Of a stretch of 64,000 bases of DNA, positions 1 through 14,563 are shown piece after piece. Source of the DNA: Eledone cirrhosa (taxonomy: Eukaryota); contig OZ024747.1 of assembly GCA_964016885.1 (NCBI GenBank), forward strand, positions 74,710,001-74,774,000, given 5' to 3'. The notes beneath the pieces are model-generated. The model did not search any database, had not been told where the DNA came from, and saw only the letters and a list, made by a program, of their open reading frames with translations. The position numbers and the translations under genes are program-made. Position 1 is the first letter of the stretch, and each line of letters opens with the position of its first letter.

Positions 1-251
1 ATGTCTCATATTACGATCAGCCTTTTGTGCTAATATATAATGATTTTATCATTATTAGAAATAGGAGATTACAAAAGTCCATCCCACCACTGTTACAATT
101 TAATCTCAGAACTTAAATCACCGAGGTAACAACAAATCTATGAACCAACCAGGAAGCTTCCATGCTGTCTTTTAACCTACTAGAAATAGCTGCCAAATCT
201 CCTTCAGTTTACATTGTCTTGAAAAAGAAAGAACACATTGAACAATGTAAT

Positions 252-452
252 ATGTATGGTTCCATAACTCTTGAGGGTCTCATTAGGACACCCCATTGAG
301 ATACAGCATTTCTAGGACAATTTTTTCAACCTGGCGGAGCCCATCTTCTCTCCAGGTCTGAATACAGCAGATTTCTTCCAGAGAAGGAGAGAGAGAGAGA
401 GAGAGAGAGTTATAGAAGAATTGACCCTAGTACTAGACGAGTACTTTTATTC
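252..452 (-). mobile_element. Long-tail SINE fragment
   Basis: Reverse complement of 37530-37700. Confidence 0.7.
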
Positions 453-974
453 TCATGGTGATGATATGGCCTAGTTAAGTGGTAGGCTTAATCTGTCATC
501 CAGTTTAACAAAGTCATCTACCCCTTTAGCAAAATCATGTCTTTTGCAACTGTTCAACCCAGACTCCTGCTTAAGGATAACTTCCACCCTCTTTTTCATC
601 AGTCTCAACAGGGATGGGGGCCAAAAACAGTTAGGAGCGTTTTTTATCCTTGTGGACTAAGCAGTAAAATACATCTTAGCAAAAGATCAAATTATTCAAA
701 CGTTTGGGAATGAAATCTTCTGATGATTCAAAAAAAGTAAGAGTTGTTTGTTTTTACATAATTTCAAATAAAAACATGTGAATCTCTCTAGACAAAGAAA
801 ACTCAGTGTGTGGTAAAACTGCACAAGTGATTAACAGAAATAAACACAAGGGGACAATGAAATGAAGCAAAACAGACATAAATATCAAAATTCCCATCAG
901 CTGCCATATATGTGTATGTTGGTGTCTGTATGTATGTGTGTATATTCATGTATGTGTGTGTGTCTGGGAGAGTA

Positions 975-1010
<36 letters not shown>

Positions 1011-1580
1011 TGTAGGGGGTATTTGTGTGTGTGTGTGAGTGTAGGGGGGTATTTGTGTGTGTGTGTATTCTGGAAAAGATCTACCCCCTCCATCTTTGTC
1101 TAACACAAAGGTAGTAGTGGGTCGATAGATCAGCTTGATCAAGTTTTGTGAGTTAATATTTCAATTGTTTCTAACTCCAGTTTAGCCATTATTATTTTCA
1201 CCTACTTTAATCATATGGTCTATCAGTTTTAATGACTCTACAATTAATGTTCTCTATTATATTATATATATATTTATATATATATCTTAAAACATTTCAT
1301 GGTGATAATAGTATCTCTCTATACACATACATATGTACACACACAAATACATGCACATGCATATATATATATATACATTTATATATGTGTGTGTATATAT
1401 TTATATATACATATATATGCTCTTGTCTGATGACCCTGTGAGCAAGCAGCTGAAACTCCAGGGTAATAACACTCACTATTTAACAATATATATATATATA
1501 TATATATCATCATCATTTTACGTCCACTTTTCCCTGTTTGCAAGGCAGGGACAGATCCTATTCAGTACATCATCTCTCCA

Positions 1581-1614
<34 letters not shown>

Positions 1615-1748
1615 AGCCTGAATGTGTGGTTGTAATCACTAAAGTCCGATCATGGACAAACAAACTAACTAAATGAACCTTACTTTCGGGAAACTTGGAG
1701 TACCTAGAAAGGTATATGACAGTTTGCCATGTATTTTATATAATATTT

Positions 1749-1779
<31 letters not shown>

Positions 1780-1981
1780 GATGGCATGTATATGTGAAGG
1801 TATGTATATTTTCTCTGATAATTTGTAATATTTTTACATAGATCTTAAACATGATATACATACCAACACACACATATACATCCCAGAAACGATCGTAAAA
1901 TGATGAATTTTTTATATAAGGAACTTGTTCTTTGTTTTTATTTCATTGTTTTTATTAATTTATATATATATATATATATAT

Positions 1982-2087
1982 GAGCGAGACACGGTCACCC
2001 GACCAGCCTTGCCTCAAGTGGGACAACTCCCGTCTAACCCATGCTAGCGTGGAAAATGGACGTTAAACGAAGATGATGACGATGATA
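1982..2087 (+). mobile_element. RTE 3' terminal fragment
   Basis: CTTGCCTCAAGTGGGA..CCCATGCTAGCGTGGAAAATGGACGTTAAACG then GAT repeats; follows (TA)n. Confidence 0.75.
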
Positions 2088-4126
2088 TGGTTAAGATATT
2101 TTATGATAAATTTAAACATTTATTCTTGGGGAAAAGTGAAAGAACCACTAACAGGAATGAAACCATGTATCTGTCACATACTGAATAACCATATAAACTA
2201 CTACACAAAGAGGATCTGACAGCTTTGCAATGTTGAATGTTACATAGCTAAATGTCTTCTCAAATGACAATTACCTCCAGTCATATCAACAAACAACCAT
2301 TGGATATGGATCTGTCATTTAACTATTATGGGATAAATAAACCAACACAATATACAGGGGGAGTCATAAGTAACAGGGCAGTCAACGCATTTTTATTTCA
2401 AGGTTCACAGATAACGTTTGAGCATCCACTTATTTTGTGTAATCAGCCATGGTCATAATTTTTTAGCAACTTTTGTTTAATGTATTTATATTTTTGTAAT
2501 ACATGACCAGAATTTTTGTAAATAATATCATTGGACTTCCCCATTACATATGACTCACTCTGTATATATTATTTTACAAAGGAAATGGTGGTAGTCACTT
2601 TAACATTCCCACTGTACTTCACTTTTCAGTCTAAAGAGGTGAATTACAATCAAAATATTGAAGTCATTACAACCTTTATCTTTGTAAAATATAATCTATA
2701 CTCTGCTATAAGTTTTGAATGGTCATTCAGTTAATGTCTAACTCTTTTTGGGTATAATTATATATAAAACACAAACATTAAATTAACCTACATATTTGAA
2801 TACACTCACACACACACATATATATATATAATCATAATTTTACATCTGATTCTCCGTGCTAGCATATCTATATATATATATATACATACATGTGTGTGGG
2901 AGTGTGTGTGTGTGTGTATTATCATTATTTATACAGCATTTTTTACATGCTGACATGGGTTGAACAGGACTTTTTCAGGCAATGTTTTACAAGATAGTAA
3001 AGTGAGGTTACTGACCTCCCAAACACAAACTAAAGGGTCCTCCAAATTCCTTTGTTTGGCAAGCTTTCTATGGCTGGATGCCCTTCCTGTCACCAACCAC
3101 TTTACAGCATGTACTGGACGTGTTCATCATGTAGATCACCAACACTATAAATAATATTCTATTATTACTAATCTCTGAGCTTTTACAGCCTCTGTTGTTT
3201 GCACTGAAAGAAAAACAATGTTCTCACTAATTTGTTTACCAAATTGCAGTTTGATTTATGTTGTCTTTCATGCAGCCATATCAGTATTTCCATACTCTTC
3301 CTTTTTTATCACTAAACGCTAGCAACCATGCATAATTATAAATGCATAATTCAAAATATCTGCAAGCTATTTTAAAATATATAACATTTGTTGTATTTGT
3401 ATTTTGTGTCAGAGGCAGTTTCATATAAAAATAAAAATAACAATGTTAAAAAATACAAAGTCTTGGATAAAGTATTTACAATTTTTTTTATCTTTACATC
3501 TAAAATTAATATACTCTGAAGTTAATGTTACTTTTCCCTCCTTCTCCTCTTCATCGTTATTCCAGTATGACTAATCACTTAAGCAAACAAAACATACATG
3601 CAATACTGGTCTCATATTACTGATTAATATATGATAGAACGCTTTGCTATCATGAAGGCTTGGCCCCCTTTGACTTCCACATGAATAACCTTTGAAAGAG
3701 GGCCTTAGAAAAACGCTATATTTCATATGATAAACTGTTGGATCTGATAATGCATGACTGGCTGTGATATGACGTCATTTTTCCATGAGATCTCTTCAGA
3801 GTCCATCCAGCACCTAGAAGTTTCCACACAACTAGGCACGTTGCTAGACAAAAGAAGACTGTATTGATTGTTGAATCATGTGATTTCCTACACAAAATCT
3901 ACAGATGGGAAAACTGAACTAGAAGTTTATTTCTATTCAATATATTTCTAATTTCTTTGTGATTTTAGCCACAAATATTTAACATTTGTAACTTTTTTTT
4001 TTCACAACGAATACGTTTATATGTATATATGCCATATATATATATATATATATGATTTATATGGCTGGGGGGTTATTAAAATAAATTTGTTGAATTCTGT
4101 AGTATATATATATATATATATATATA

Positions 4127-4190
4127 TTAGATGCAACATGGATGACTAATGTAGAGGATGTTGAAATCCCAATTAGATTATAACACACAC

Positions 4191-4249
<59 letters not shown>

Positions 4250-4346
4250 CACTTTCTAATATATGTTTAATTTTGATATATATACATGTGCGAGTTATAA
4301 TCTAATTGGGATTTCAACACCCTCTACATTAGTCATCCATGTTTCA

Positions 4347-4351
<5 letters not shown>
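4127..4351. repeat. Inverted repeat (~68-bp arms) among (TA)n tracts
   Basis: 4127-4194 is the reverse complement of 4284-4351 with a few mismatches. Confidence 0.9.
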
Positions 4352-4384
<33 letters not shown>

Positions 4385-4879
4385 TCGATTTCTTGCAACT
4401 TTTGAAATGCTATATGTATTGCTGTAATACATACATACAAATGGATTTTTGCTTATTCACTTTCAATAAATTATATGGAAAATTAAACAATTTACAGTTA
4501 CTTTTACTAGATTAGATGAAACAGATAATATATTCCTCCTTTGTCTCCTCTAGAGCACTTTAGATATTTGTTTATGTATGTATGTATATATGTGAATAAT
4601 TTTACCACGTCATAAATTACTTTCAAATTGTTTAGAAATTGAGGTAGTTAGCTTGTTTTAATTAACCATAAATATATAAATATTTAGTGGTGGGGGGGTG
4701 AATAGTGCACCTGCTTATTCCATTATCTTAGTAATTTTTGCTAATTAAATTTTTGGAACTAATATTAGAAAATGAATTAAAAATTAATTTGCTTATTATA
4801 AACATTGTGAAGATGTTATTATATACTATAATGAATATCTCTAATTCAGCTCTATTGTTGGTTTTAAAACATCTAAGTC

Positions 4880-5597
4880 GATTGGTAGAATTGTTAGCAT
4901 TGGACAAAATACTTTGAAGGATATATTTAGAGTCCTTTATGATCTGAGTTTAAATCCCACTAAGGCAAACTTTGTCTTTTATTCTTCTGAAGTTCATAAA
5001 ATAAAGAACAAATCAAGCACTATGGTCAATACAATCAAATTAACCCACCTGCCAACATGTTTGGCTTTGTGCTTAAATTAGAAACTATTATTATTGTCAA
5101 ATCCCACCGAGGTTAACTTTGCCTTTCATCCTTATGAGGTCGATAAAATAAAGTACCAGTAATACACTGGGATAATTGCTGGTCTTGTGCCAAAAGTAGA
5201 AACAATTATTATTATCAAGAGGAGGAATAGCAGAAGGACGGGAAGGGTGGAGGATTGGCAGTCATTAGCAAATCAGACAAATGCTTTGCAGTATTTGCTC
5301 TTGATCTTTCCATTCTGAGTTGAAATCCAACCAAGTTCAGCTTTGCCTTTCATTCTTCTGGGGTCAATAAATAAAATAACAGTAAAGTACTGGTGTCAAT
5401 ATAATCGATTTGTCCCTCCTAACAAATTGTGTGTCTTGTACCTAAATTAGAAATCATTTTAGGTTGGTGGATTGGCAGTGGTAGGGCATCAGATAAAATG
5501 TTTTGTGGTATATAGCTACATCTTTCTACTTTCTGCATTCAAATCCTGCCAAGGTCATCTTTCATTTCATCCTTCCAGGGCTGATAAAATAAAGAAC
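4880..5597 (+). mobile_element. Cluster of four tandem copies of an abundant tRNA-derived SINE (Meta/Nin-like core)
   Basis: Repeated GAGTTCAAATCCC..CTTTGCCTTTCATCCTT..GATAAAATAAAGTACCAG..GTGCC.AAA.TAGAAAC at ~4880, 5097, 5252, 5468. Confidence 0.8.
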
Positions 5598-5995
5598 TAA
5601 GAACTGTAATGGGGAGGGGGGGGGGGGGTAGTTTATATACACGAGTTGATTAGCTGCCTTGGCTTATAAACAGGGTTTGGATTTATGCCTAATTTCTCAG
5701 ACATAAAAGGGTGAGGGTGACTTATATTTGAGTATATATGGTAAATATTACATTTTCAAATCTGAAATATGATGGAAAAAAGTAGACAGAAATCGAATTG
5801 CATATATGTGTGTGTGTAACTGAGTTTGAAATTTTCAAATAAATCTGTCACTTATGTTAAAGTTTACTCAATATATTTAGATTGTGTAAATATTTCTATA
5901 TATTCATAATTCTTAATATCCAATTAATCTATTTCAAAAATATTTCAGTATATTTCATTTGCAAGTTGATTCATGTAATTTTTATTCAACTTCAT

Positions 5996-6077
<82 letters not shown>

Positions 6078-6407
6078 AATGATATATAATATCATTTCTT
6101 AACATTTGATATGATTCAAAATAGACAATATGAGGTTGATGTTTTACTCTTTGATTTATTCATGGAAAAATGGAGACATTTTATAAAATGAAAGATTCTC
6201 AAGAATTTACAATGACAAAAACAAACTGAAAATAACTGATCTTGTTATTAAGTACTTCAAACACACACACCTGTACACATACTCCTACACACTAACCAAA
6301 GAAATCGATAGAATGTGTGCATATATCCATATATACAACAAACACAGAATTGCATTTCAATGTACTTTATGTGTAAGTATATATGTATATATGTGTGTGT
6401 GTTTATG

Positions 6408-6445
<38 letters not shown>

Positions 6446-7883
6446 TGCTAGTTACACATTTTGTAGTTTTAAATGTGTATTAAATTCCTTAGTTTATAGC
6501 AAGACAAATATTTTACAATAATTGTAGTTATTTATTTTAAAAAAGAAAAATATGCCAATATTTTCTTAAATACAATTTTATTACAATTCAGATCTTCAAT
6601 ACGTTTTTTTGTGCTTTGTTGGGAAAAAATATTTCACATTTTTATTTTATTTATTATTATTCAAAGTATTACTTTGAAAAAAAAAAAAAAAATATTGCTA
6701 TCCAAAACCTGTTTTTACCCTGTTTAATGATGACACAAAAATATTCCTTTCAAAGAACAAGAGTAAATAATATATTTGAGTCATTCGATTGTTTATTTTA
6801 TATGTCCTACATTATGTAATATGTGTGAAATCTGTATCATCATCAGTGCTTTAAATCTATTTCCCACAGTAGTATGATTTTCATGGATCATCAGGGTCTG
6901 AGCCTAGATGGATCAGAGAACCACATCTTGCTCATTCGTTCAAATTTTGCCAATGCTGTATTTTATCATGAGTGTGTTTTATCATGGCACCAGCACTAGA
7001 GGGGTTCATGTATCCTCATCATAACTGAAGAGTTTTTTCAACCATACATTGCTTCTCTTCACTGACTAATCAGTTTATAATATGTCAATTTCAATCAATA
7101 TTTCTTTGTAATTCTTCAATAGATTGCTTCTTATTAAAATTGTCACATAGTAATATAGAACAACATATTTTCTGTAAATACCCATCATATTTCTATCACT
7201 GTCCTAAAATAGTGACACATTATTAAATGTGTCTTCAACTAAAGTGCTAGCTTATTTTAAAACAGAATTTGTTACCAGAAATAAACAGGAAAATCTTTAA
7301 AATTTCCTGTCTAAAAATAAGAATACCCTTCATTTGATGACACATTACTGAAATTGTTATTCTAATGCTTTGCAGAGGAATGTGTAAATTTATGAGTTCA
7401 AATATTACCAATTTTTAATATAACATACATGGGTGCAAGTATGGCTACATTGATAAGGAGTTGGCTGTGAAATCACAGGATTTAAGGTTTATTCCAACTG
7501 CACAGTATTTTGAATGAGTATCTTGTAGCCTCAGATTTTGAACAAGTATCTTGTAACCTCAGACTGAAAAAATACATAGAGAGTAAAATCTGGTAGACGC
7601 AAATTGTATGTATGTATACACATATATTACACACACTTACATATATGTATATATACAATATATGTATTTGTCTGTGACGTTTCAGTTTGGAAGTGCCTTC
7701 TCCAATATACAGTTGTGGCCATAACTAGACCCCAAAACCAATGTACACATATACATGTTAAGTGTTTGAAACATTATTTAAACTAAATAAGCTCTCTTGC
7801 AACAGATTGAGTATTGTTTTCCTTGATCTTTCATCTACGGATATCCTGCACACACACATACACATTATATATTATATATATTG

Positions 7884-8295
7884 TGGATTGGCAGTATCAC
7901 CATGCTTTGACGCATAGAGTTACGGCCCTTGCCATTCTGAGTTCAAATCCCGCCGAGGCTAACCTTGCCTTTCATGGTCGGGATCGATAAAATAAAGTAC
8001 CAGTAATGCACTGGGTAATTGCTGGCCTTGTGCCTAAAGTAGAAGCAATTATTAATCATAAGCAGAGTTGTTAGACTGTCAGATAGTGCTTTGTGGTATT
8101 TGTTCCAGATCTCTGCTCCCTGAGTTCAAATCCCACCAAGGTCCACTTTATCTTTCATCCTTTTGAGATCAATAAAACACGTACCAGTCTAGTAGCAGGG
8201 TCAATTCTTCCTCTATATCTTTTTTCTCATCTCCTGTCTCTCACTTTCTATCTTTCTCTGGAAGAAATCTCAACCTGGAGAGGGATGGGCTCTGA
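7884..8295 (+). mobile_element. Two copies of the same SINE; the second carries the long-tail module
   Basis: Core motif at 7940-8010 and 8122-8190; tail TCTCTGGAAGAAATCT..CCTGGAGAGG. Confidence 0.8.
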
Positions 8296-8749
8296 TTTCT
8301 ACCCTTAGAAATCAGATTTACCTGAAATTGATCACTATTGAATTTATCCATTATCTACTTAATTAATAGTGGTATTGGTGATAGAAAAAAATGTATGAAT
8401 AATATGAAATATTGATCTGTAAATTAAATAAATAGAATCACTAACTGAATTAACTGACATCTCTATATATTTAGTTACAAATAATTTCAGAATTTATAAT
8501 TTGATTATTGAGTGAATCAAATACAATCTACAAATTACATATAAAATCTATATATGCCATAGAGTTGTTCATATGAACCCACAAAGTTAAGGCAAACTTT
8601 TATTTAATCAACACTTTTGTTTAAAACCAGGTTTCCATTTAACTGCAAATTTTAATGAAATAACCGTTTTCACTTTTTTATATTCTTTTTCCAATATTCA
8701 AATTATGCTTCTAAAAACAATTGAAATATAATTCTATCTTATTATTATT

Positions 8750-8936
8750 GGTCGATTGGCAGTACCGGTAGAGGGTCAGACACCATGCTTTGACGCATAG
8801 TTACGGCCCTTACCATTTTGAGTTCAAATCCCACCTTTGCCTTTCATCCTTACCGGGTCGATAAAATAAAGTACCAGTAATGTACTGGGATAATTACTGG
8901 CCTTCTGCCAAAAGTAGAAACAATTATTATTATTAT
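8750..8936 (+). mobile_element. SINE copy (same family)
   Basis: Close match to 7884-8054. Confidence 0.8.
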
Positions 8937-9691
8937 CCTTATTCTGAGTATGTGTCTGTAAATTAAAGGTGGAACACTGGGAGAGGGCACTTGCCCTGGT
9001 GGTCAGGGTCACTGTGGCCTTTTAATGGGCTTTCTCCACAAATGTCCCTCAGAGGTCTCCCCCCTATTGGGGAATTTTTCATTGTTATTTTTTTGTTACA
9101 TCCTCTGTTTTTGTTTTTTACACGCAGAAAGGCCCATTTGTACCATCCTGTATTGTCCTATACTGTCCTTAATGTCTACTTTATGTAAACCCTTGTGGTT
9201 AATAAAGAAAGCATTATTATTATCCTTATTATTATTATCATTATTATTATTTTTATTTTCTTTCATTATTGTTTGAGATATATGTTGAGTGTCTTCCTGA
9301 CACCTAGGGCAAATGGTTATTATTATTATTATTATCCTTATTTTTATTACCATTATTATTATTATCCTTATTTTTATTACCATTATTATTATTACCATTA
9401 TTTTTATTACCATTATCATTATAGTTGTTGTTGTTGTTGTTAAAAAAAACTTATTATTGAAGCAGAATCTTGAGAAATATTTCAATAAATTATATTTTCT
9501 GTATAAATAACACTCTCAATAGATTTCAAAAATAATATTTGCAAAATTCAAACAAAACTCTTGACATTTGAATATCTTTGCATATATTTGTAACATTTAT
9601 TAGTATTGCTGCCAAACATCATGTGTTGGTGCTTTCAGAAATGTATTTGACTTATTCATTAGATTTTAAATTATCATCTACAGAAAGAAGA

Positions 9692-9693
<2 letters not shown>

Positions 9694-9790
<97 letters not shown>

Positions 9791-9807
9791 GTATATATAT
9801 ATGTATA

Positions 9808-9894
<87 letters not shown>

Positions 9895-9895
9895 G

Positions 9896-9926
<31 letters not shown>

Positions 9927-9927
9927 G

Positions 9928-9962
<35 letters not shown>

Positions 9963-9967
9963 GTATA

Positions 9968-10005
<38 letters not shown>

Positions 10006-10364
10006 AATATATATATATATGTATATATATATATACATATATGTATATATATATATATGTATATATATATATACATATATGTATATATATATATATGTAT
10101 ATAAATATATATATATATGTATATATATATATACATATATGTATATATATATATATGTATATAAATATATATATATATGTATATATATATATATGTATAT
10201 AAATATATATATATATGTATATATATATATACATATATGTATATATATATATATGTATATAAATATATATATATATGTATATATATATACATATATGTAT
10301 ATATATATATATGTATATAAATATATATATATATGTATATAAATATATATATATATGTATATAT
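9694..10364. repeat. Giant interrupted (TA)n microsatellite
   Basis: ~670 bp of TA with periodic G/C/AA interruptions. Confidence 0.98.
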
Positions 10365-11268
10365 ATCATCATCATCATCATCATCAACGTTTAACGTCCG
10401 TGTTCCACGCTTGCATGGGTTTGGACGGGGGTTTTCCCACTTGAGGCAAGAGTGATTGTCTTGCTCGCATAGGACTGTCTGGCAGGTTTTCTACAGTTGG
10501 ATGCCCTTCCTAACACCAACCACATTTACAGTGTGGGTCTGGGAGGTTTTTACCGTGTTGCCTACACGGCCACATTACAGTGTGGACTGTGTGTTTTTTT
10601 GTCGTGACACCTACACGATCTCATTTGTTTCGGCCTGGATGGTGTGGCACCAACATAACTTTACATAGAAGGGGGCGGTGTGGATGGGGTGGGGGTGGTG
10701 GGACGGGGGTGTATTTTGTTAGAGATGCCTACTGACTGTAGTAGGTTTTACTTTGTATTTAGGTAAAGCGGGTCTTCTCTATTACTGAGTACCGCCAAAG
10801 GTCTCGGTTCAGTGACATTGTCTTGGTGAAGTGTAAGTGTGTGAGGTCGGAGTTTATCAGCTCGTCCCAGGTTTTTCTGGGTCTGCCTATTCCGTGGCTA
10901 CCGTCTATCTTTATTGCCCTGCACTTTGTTATACAGCTATCGTCCTTCATGCGCATCACGTAACCATACCAACGTAGCCTTCTCTCTAGTAAACAACATC
11001 TGATCCCTCTTATTTCTAATTTTTTCCTTAGTTCGTTTATGCTTTGTCGTTCACGTATATTACTATTACACATCCAGCAGAGCATGCAAGCTTCGTTTCT
11101 CTCTAGTCTGCGTATATCCTCTGCACACAATGCCCAGGTCTCACTGCCATGCAACATTGCTGTTCGTATGCAGGCATCGTACAGCCTGCCTTTCATTTTT
11201 AGGGAGAACCCTTTAGCGGCTAATAGGGGTATAAGCTCTCTGAACTTTTTCCACCCAGTTCTGACTCT
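10365..11268 (-). mobile_element. 5'-truncated copy of the same RTE LINE
   Basis: Near-identical to 30183-31086; ORF end RVRTGWKKFREL...EKTRFT*, 3' UTR, (GAT)n tail, flanked by (TA)n. Confidence 0.95.
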
Positions 11269-11310
11269 ATATATATGTATATATATATGTATATATATAT
11301 ATGTATATAA

Positions 11311-11362
<52 letters not shown>

Positions 11363-11364
<2 letters not shown>

Positions 11365-12289
11365 CATCATCATCATCATCATCCGGTTTAGCGTCCGTGT
11401 TCCACGCTTGCATGGGTTTGGACGGGGGTTTTCCCACTTGAGGCAAGAGTGGTTGTCTTGCTCGCATAGGACTGTCTGGCGGGTTTTCTACAGTTGGATG
11501 CCCTTCCTAACACCAACCACATTTACAGTGTGGGGCTGGGAGGTTTTTACCGTGTTGCCTACACGGCCACATTACAGCGTGGACTGTCTGGCGGGTTTTC
11601 TACAGCTGGATGCCCTTCCTAACACCAACCACATTTACAGTGTGGGGCTGGGAGGTTTTTACCGTGTTGCCTACACGGCCACATTTACAGCGTGGACTGT
11701 GTGTTTTTTGTCGTGACACCTACACGATCTCATTTGTTTCGGCCTGGATGTTGTGGGACCAACATAACTTTACATTGAAAGGGGCGGTGTGGGTGGGGTG
11801 GAGGTGGTGGGACGGGGGTGTGTTTTGATAGAGATGCCTACTGACTGTAGTAGGTTTTTACTTTGTATTTAGGTAAGGCGGGTCTTCTCTATTACTGAGT
11901 ACCGCCAAAGGTCTCGGTCCAGTGACATTGTCTTGGAGAGGTGTAAGCGTGTGAGGTCGGAATTTATCAGCTCGTCCCATGTTTTTCTGGGTCTGCCTAC
12001 TCCGTGGCTACCGTCTATCTTTATTGCCCTGCACTTTGTTATACAGCTGTCGTCTTTCATGCGCATCACGTGACCGTACCAACGTAGCCTTCTCTCGAGT
12101 AAACAACATCTGATCCCTCTTATTTCTAATTTTTTCCTTAGTTCGTTTATGCTTTGCCGTTCACGTATATTACTATTGCACATCCAGCGGAGCATGCAAG
12201 CTTCGTTCCTCTCTAGTCTGCGTATATCCTCTGCACACAATGCCCAGGTCTCACTGCCATGCAGCATTGCTGTTCGTATGCAGGCATCG
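11363..12289 (-). mobile_element. 5'-truncated copy of the same RTE LINE with an internal ~112-bp 3' UTR duplication
   Basis: [15 protein letters not shown]...EKTRLT*; 11470-11581 repeated at 11582-11694. Confidence 0.95.
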
Positions 12290-13051
<762 letters not shown>

Positions 13052-13343
13052 ACAATATTAAATAATAATAATAGCGTAAACCTCTTCAAATGAAGTCGAT
13101 GTTTATTATGGTATGTCGAATCTATTTATCTATAAAACTGTTTATATTGTATTTTGTCTGATGAAGGCATAGCATATTGTTAATATGATATCCCCGAAAT
13201 ATATATAATGAAATAAATATGGTTTTATAAATATAGTTTTCCATTTATTTAATATTGTAAATATACTCCAAATATTTGTCGAGTGCTTTTATATCAGTTA
13301 TAAATATTTACTAGTTGTAACCCAACAATTTTAAATATAACTT

Positions 13344-13349
<6 letters not shown>
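13052..13349 (+). mobile_element. Solo 3' pLTR fragment of the same PLE family
   Basis: Matches 28857-29032 and the reverse complement of 26398-26660; flanked by (TA)n; first 14 bp are an inverted copy of 13245-13258. Confidence 0.85.
13150..13215 (+). ncRNA. Type I hammerhead ribozyme (CUGAUGA variant) in solo pLTR fragment
   Basis: CTGATGA 13158-13164, GAAA 13196-13199, predicted cleavage after 13207; same stems as 28926-28991. Confidence 0.8.
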
Positions 13350-13377
<28 letters not shown>

Positions 13378-13380
<3 letters not shown>

Positions 13381-13514
13381 ATAATAATAAATTTGAAGAC
13401 TAAAATCCAAAGAGGGCTCGATAAGGATAAATATATATCAAATATATAAGAACCGTAGAGCAAATATTTAATAAAATAACAGATTAAACTTTAATCTGTT
13501 ATTTTAATAAATAT
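13378..13514 (-). mobile_element. Probable 3' end of another PLE-type family with a terminal foldback
   Basis: Unique segment between (TA)n tracts; 25-bp-arm palindrome at 13464-13514; minus-strand ATCGAGCCC resembles the GTCGAGTGC/ATTGAGTAC motif near the other PLE ends. Confidence 0.4.
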
Positions 13515-13520
13515 ATATAT

Positions 13521-13714
13521 AACGAAGGAAATGTGGTAAGGAACCAGGTGGACCATAACGCACCAAAGTACTCAATACTTAGGGTAGTAGAGTGGGTAAT
13601 AGGAACGAGTAGGACCCCGACGGCTGAGCTCAAGCCGTTTCAACGGCTAATTCTGGACTGAATTAGCCGTCGAAACGGCTTGAGTTCAGCCGTCGGGGTC
13701 CTACTCATTCCTAT
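13521..13714 (-). mobile_element. Short hairpin element (putative PLE 3' end with half hammerhead), copy A
   Basis: Homologous to 23313-23521; ~55-bp-arm hairpin 13599-13714; (TA)n flanks. Confidence 0.7.
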
Positions 13715-13815
13715 ATATGTATATATGTATATATATATGTATATATGTATATATGTATATATATATGTGTATATATATGTGTGTGTATATGTGTGTGTGT
13801 GTGCGAGTGTATATA

Positions 13816-13854
<39 letters not shown>

Positions 13855-14409
13855 TTGCGGACACACACACACACACACACACATAGACACAGACAGTCAC
13901 ACACACAGACAGACACACAGACACATACACATAAAGACACTGTTATGCACACACGTACACATAGACACTAGACACAGATACTTTACAGTCACACATACAC
14001 AGACTGACACAGTCGCACACACAGACACAGTCATAAACAGAGATACATACACATCTATGACATCATCATCATCTTCATTATAATTTTACATCTATTTTTT
14101 CCCATGAACTAGACAGATTGCCTTGTTTATTGCTTCCTCTCATAGTTCTTATCATAAAAACAATCACAATCCGAATGGTGTGTGTGTGGGTGTGTAGGTC
14201 AAGTAGTTAAAGTGTTGGTCTTAAAATTTTAATGTCATGTGGTGAGCTGCGTTCTTGACACTCACACACACACACACGGCACCAGGAAGGGCATCCGACT
14301 ATAAAACATTGCCTCAAAATGTCTTGTCCCACTTATGTCAGTATGAAAACGTGCACATAAAAATGTTGATAATGATGAAAAGAGGCTAATAGCCCTGAAA
14401 TATCATACT

Positions 14410-14563
14410 AAAATGCACCTGTTAAAATACACCTGTTAAAATACACCTGTTCAAATACACCTGCTAAAGTACACCTGCTAAAATACACCTCTTAAAATAC
14501 ACCTGCTAAAATACACCTGTTAAAATACACCTGTTAAAGTACACCTGCTAAAGTACACCTGTT
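14410..14563. repeat. 14-bp tandem repeat, 11 copies
   Basis: Unit AAAATACACCTGTT with minor variants. Confidence 0.95.
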
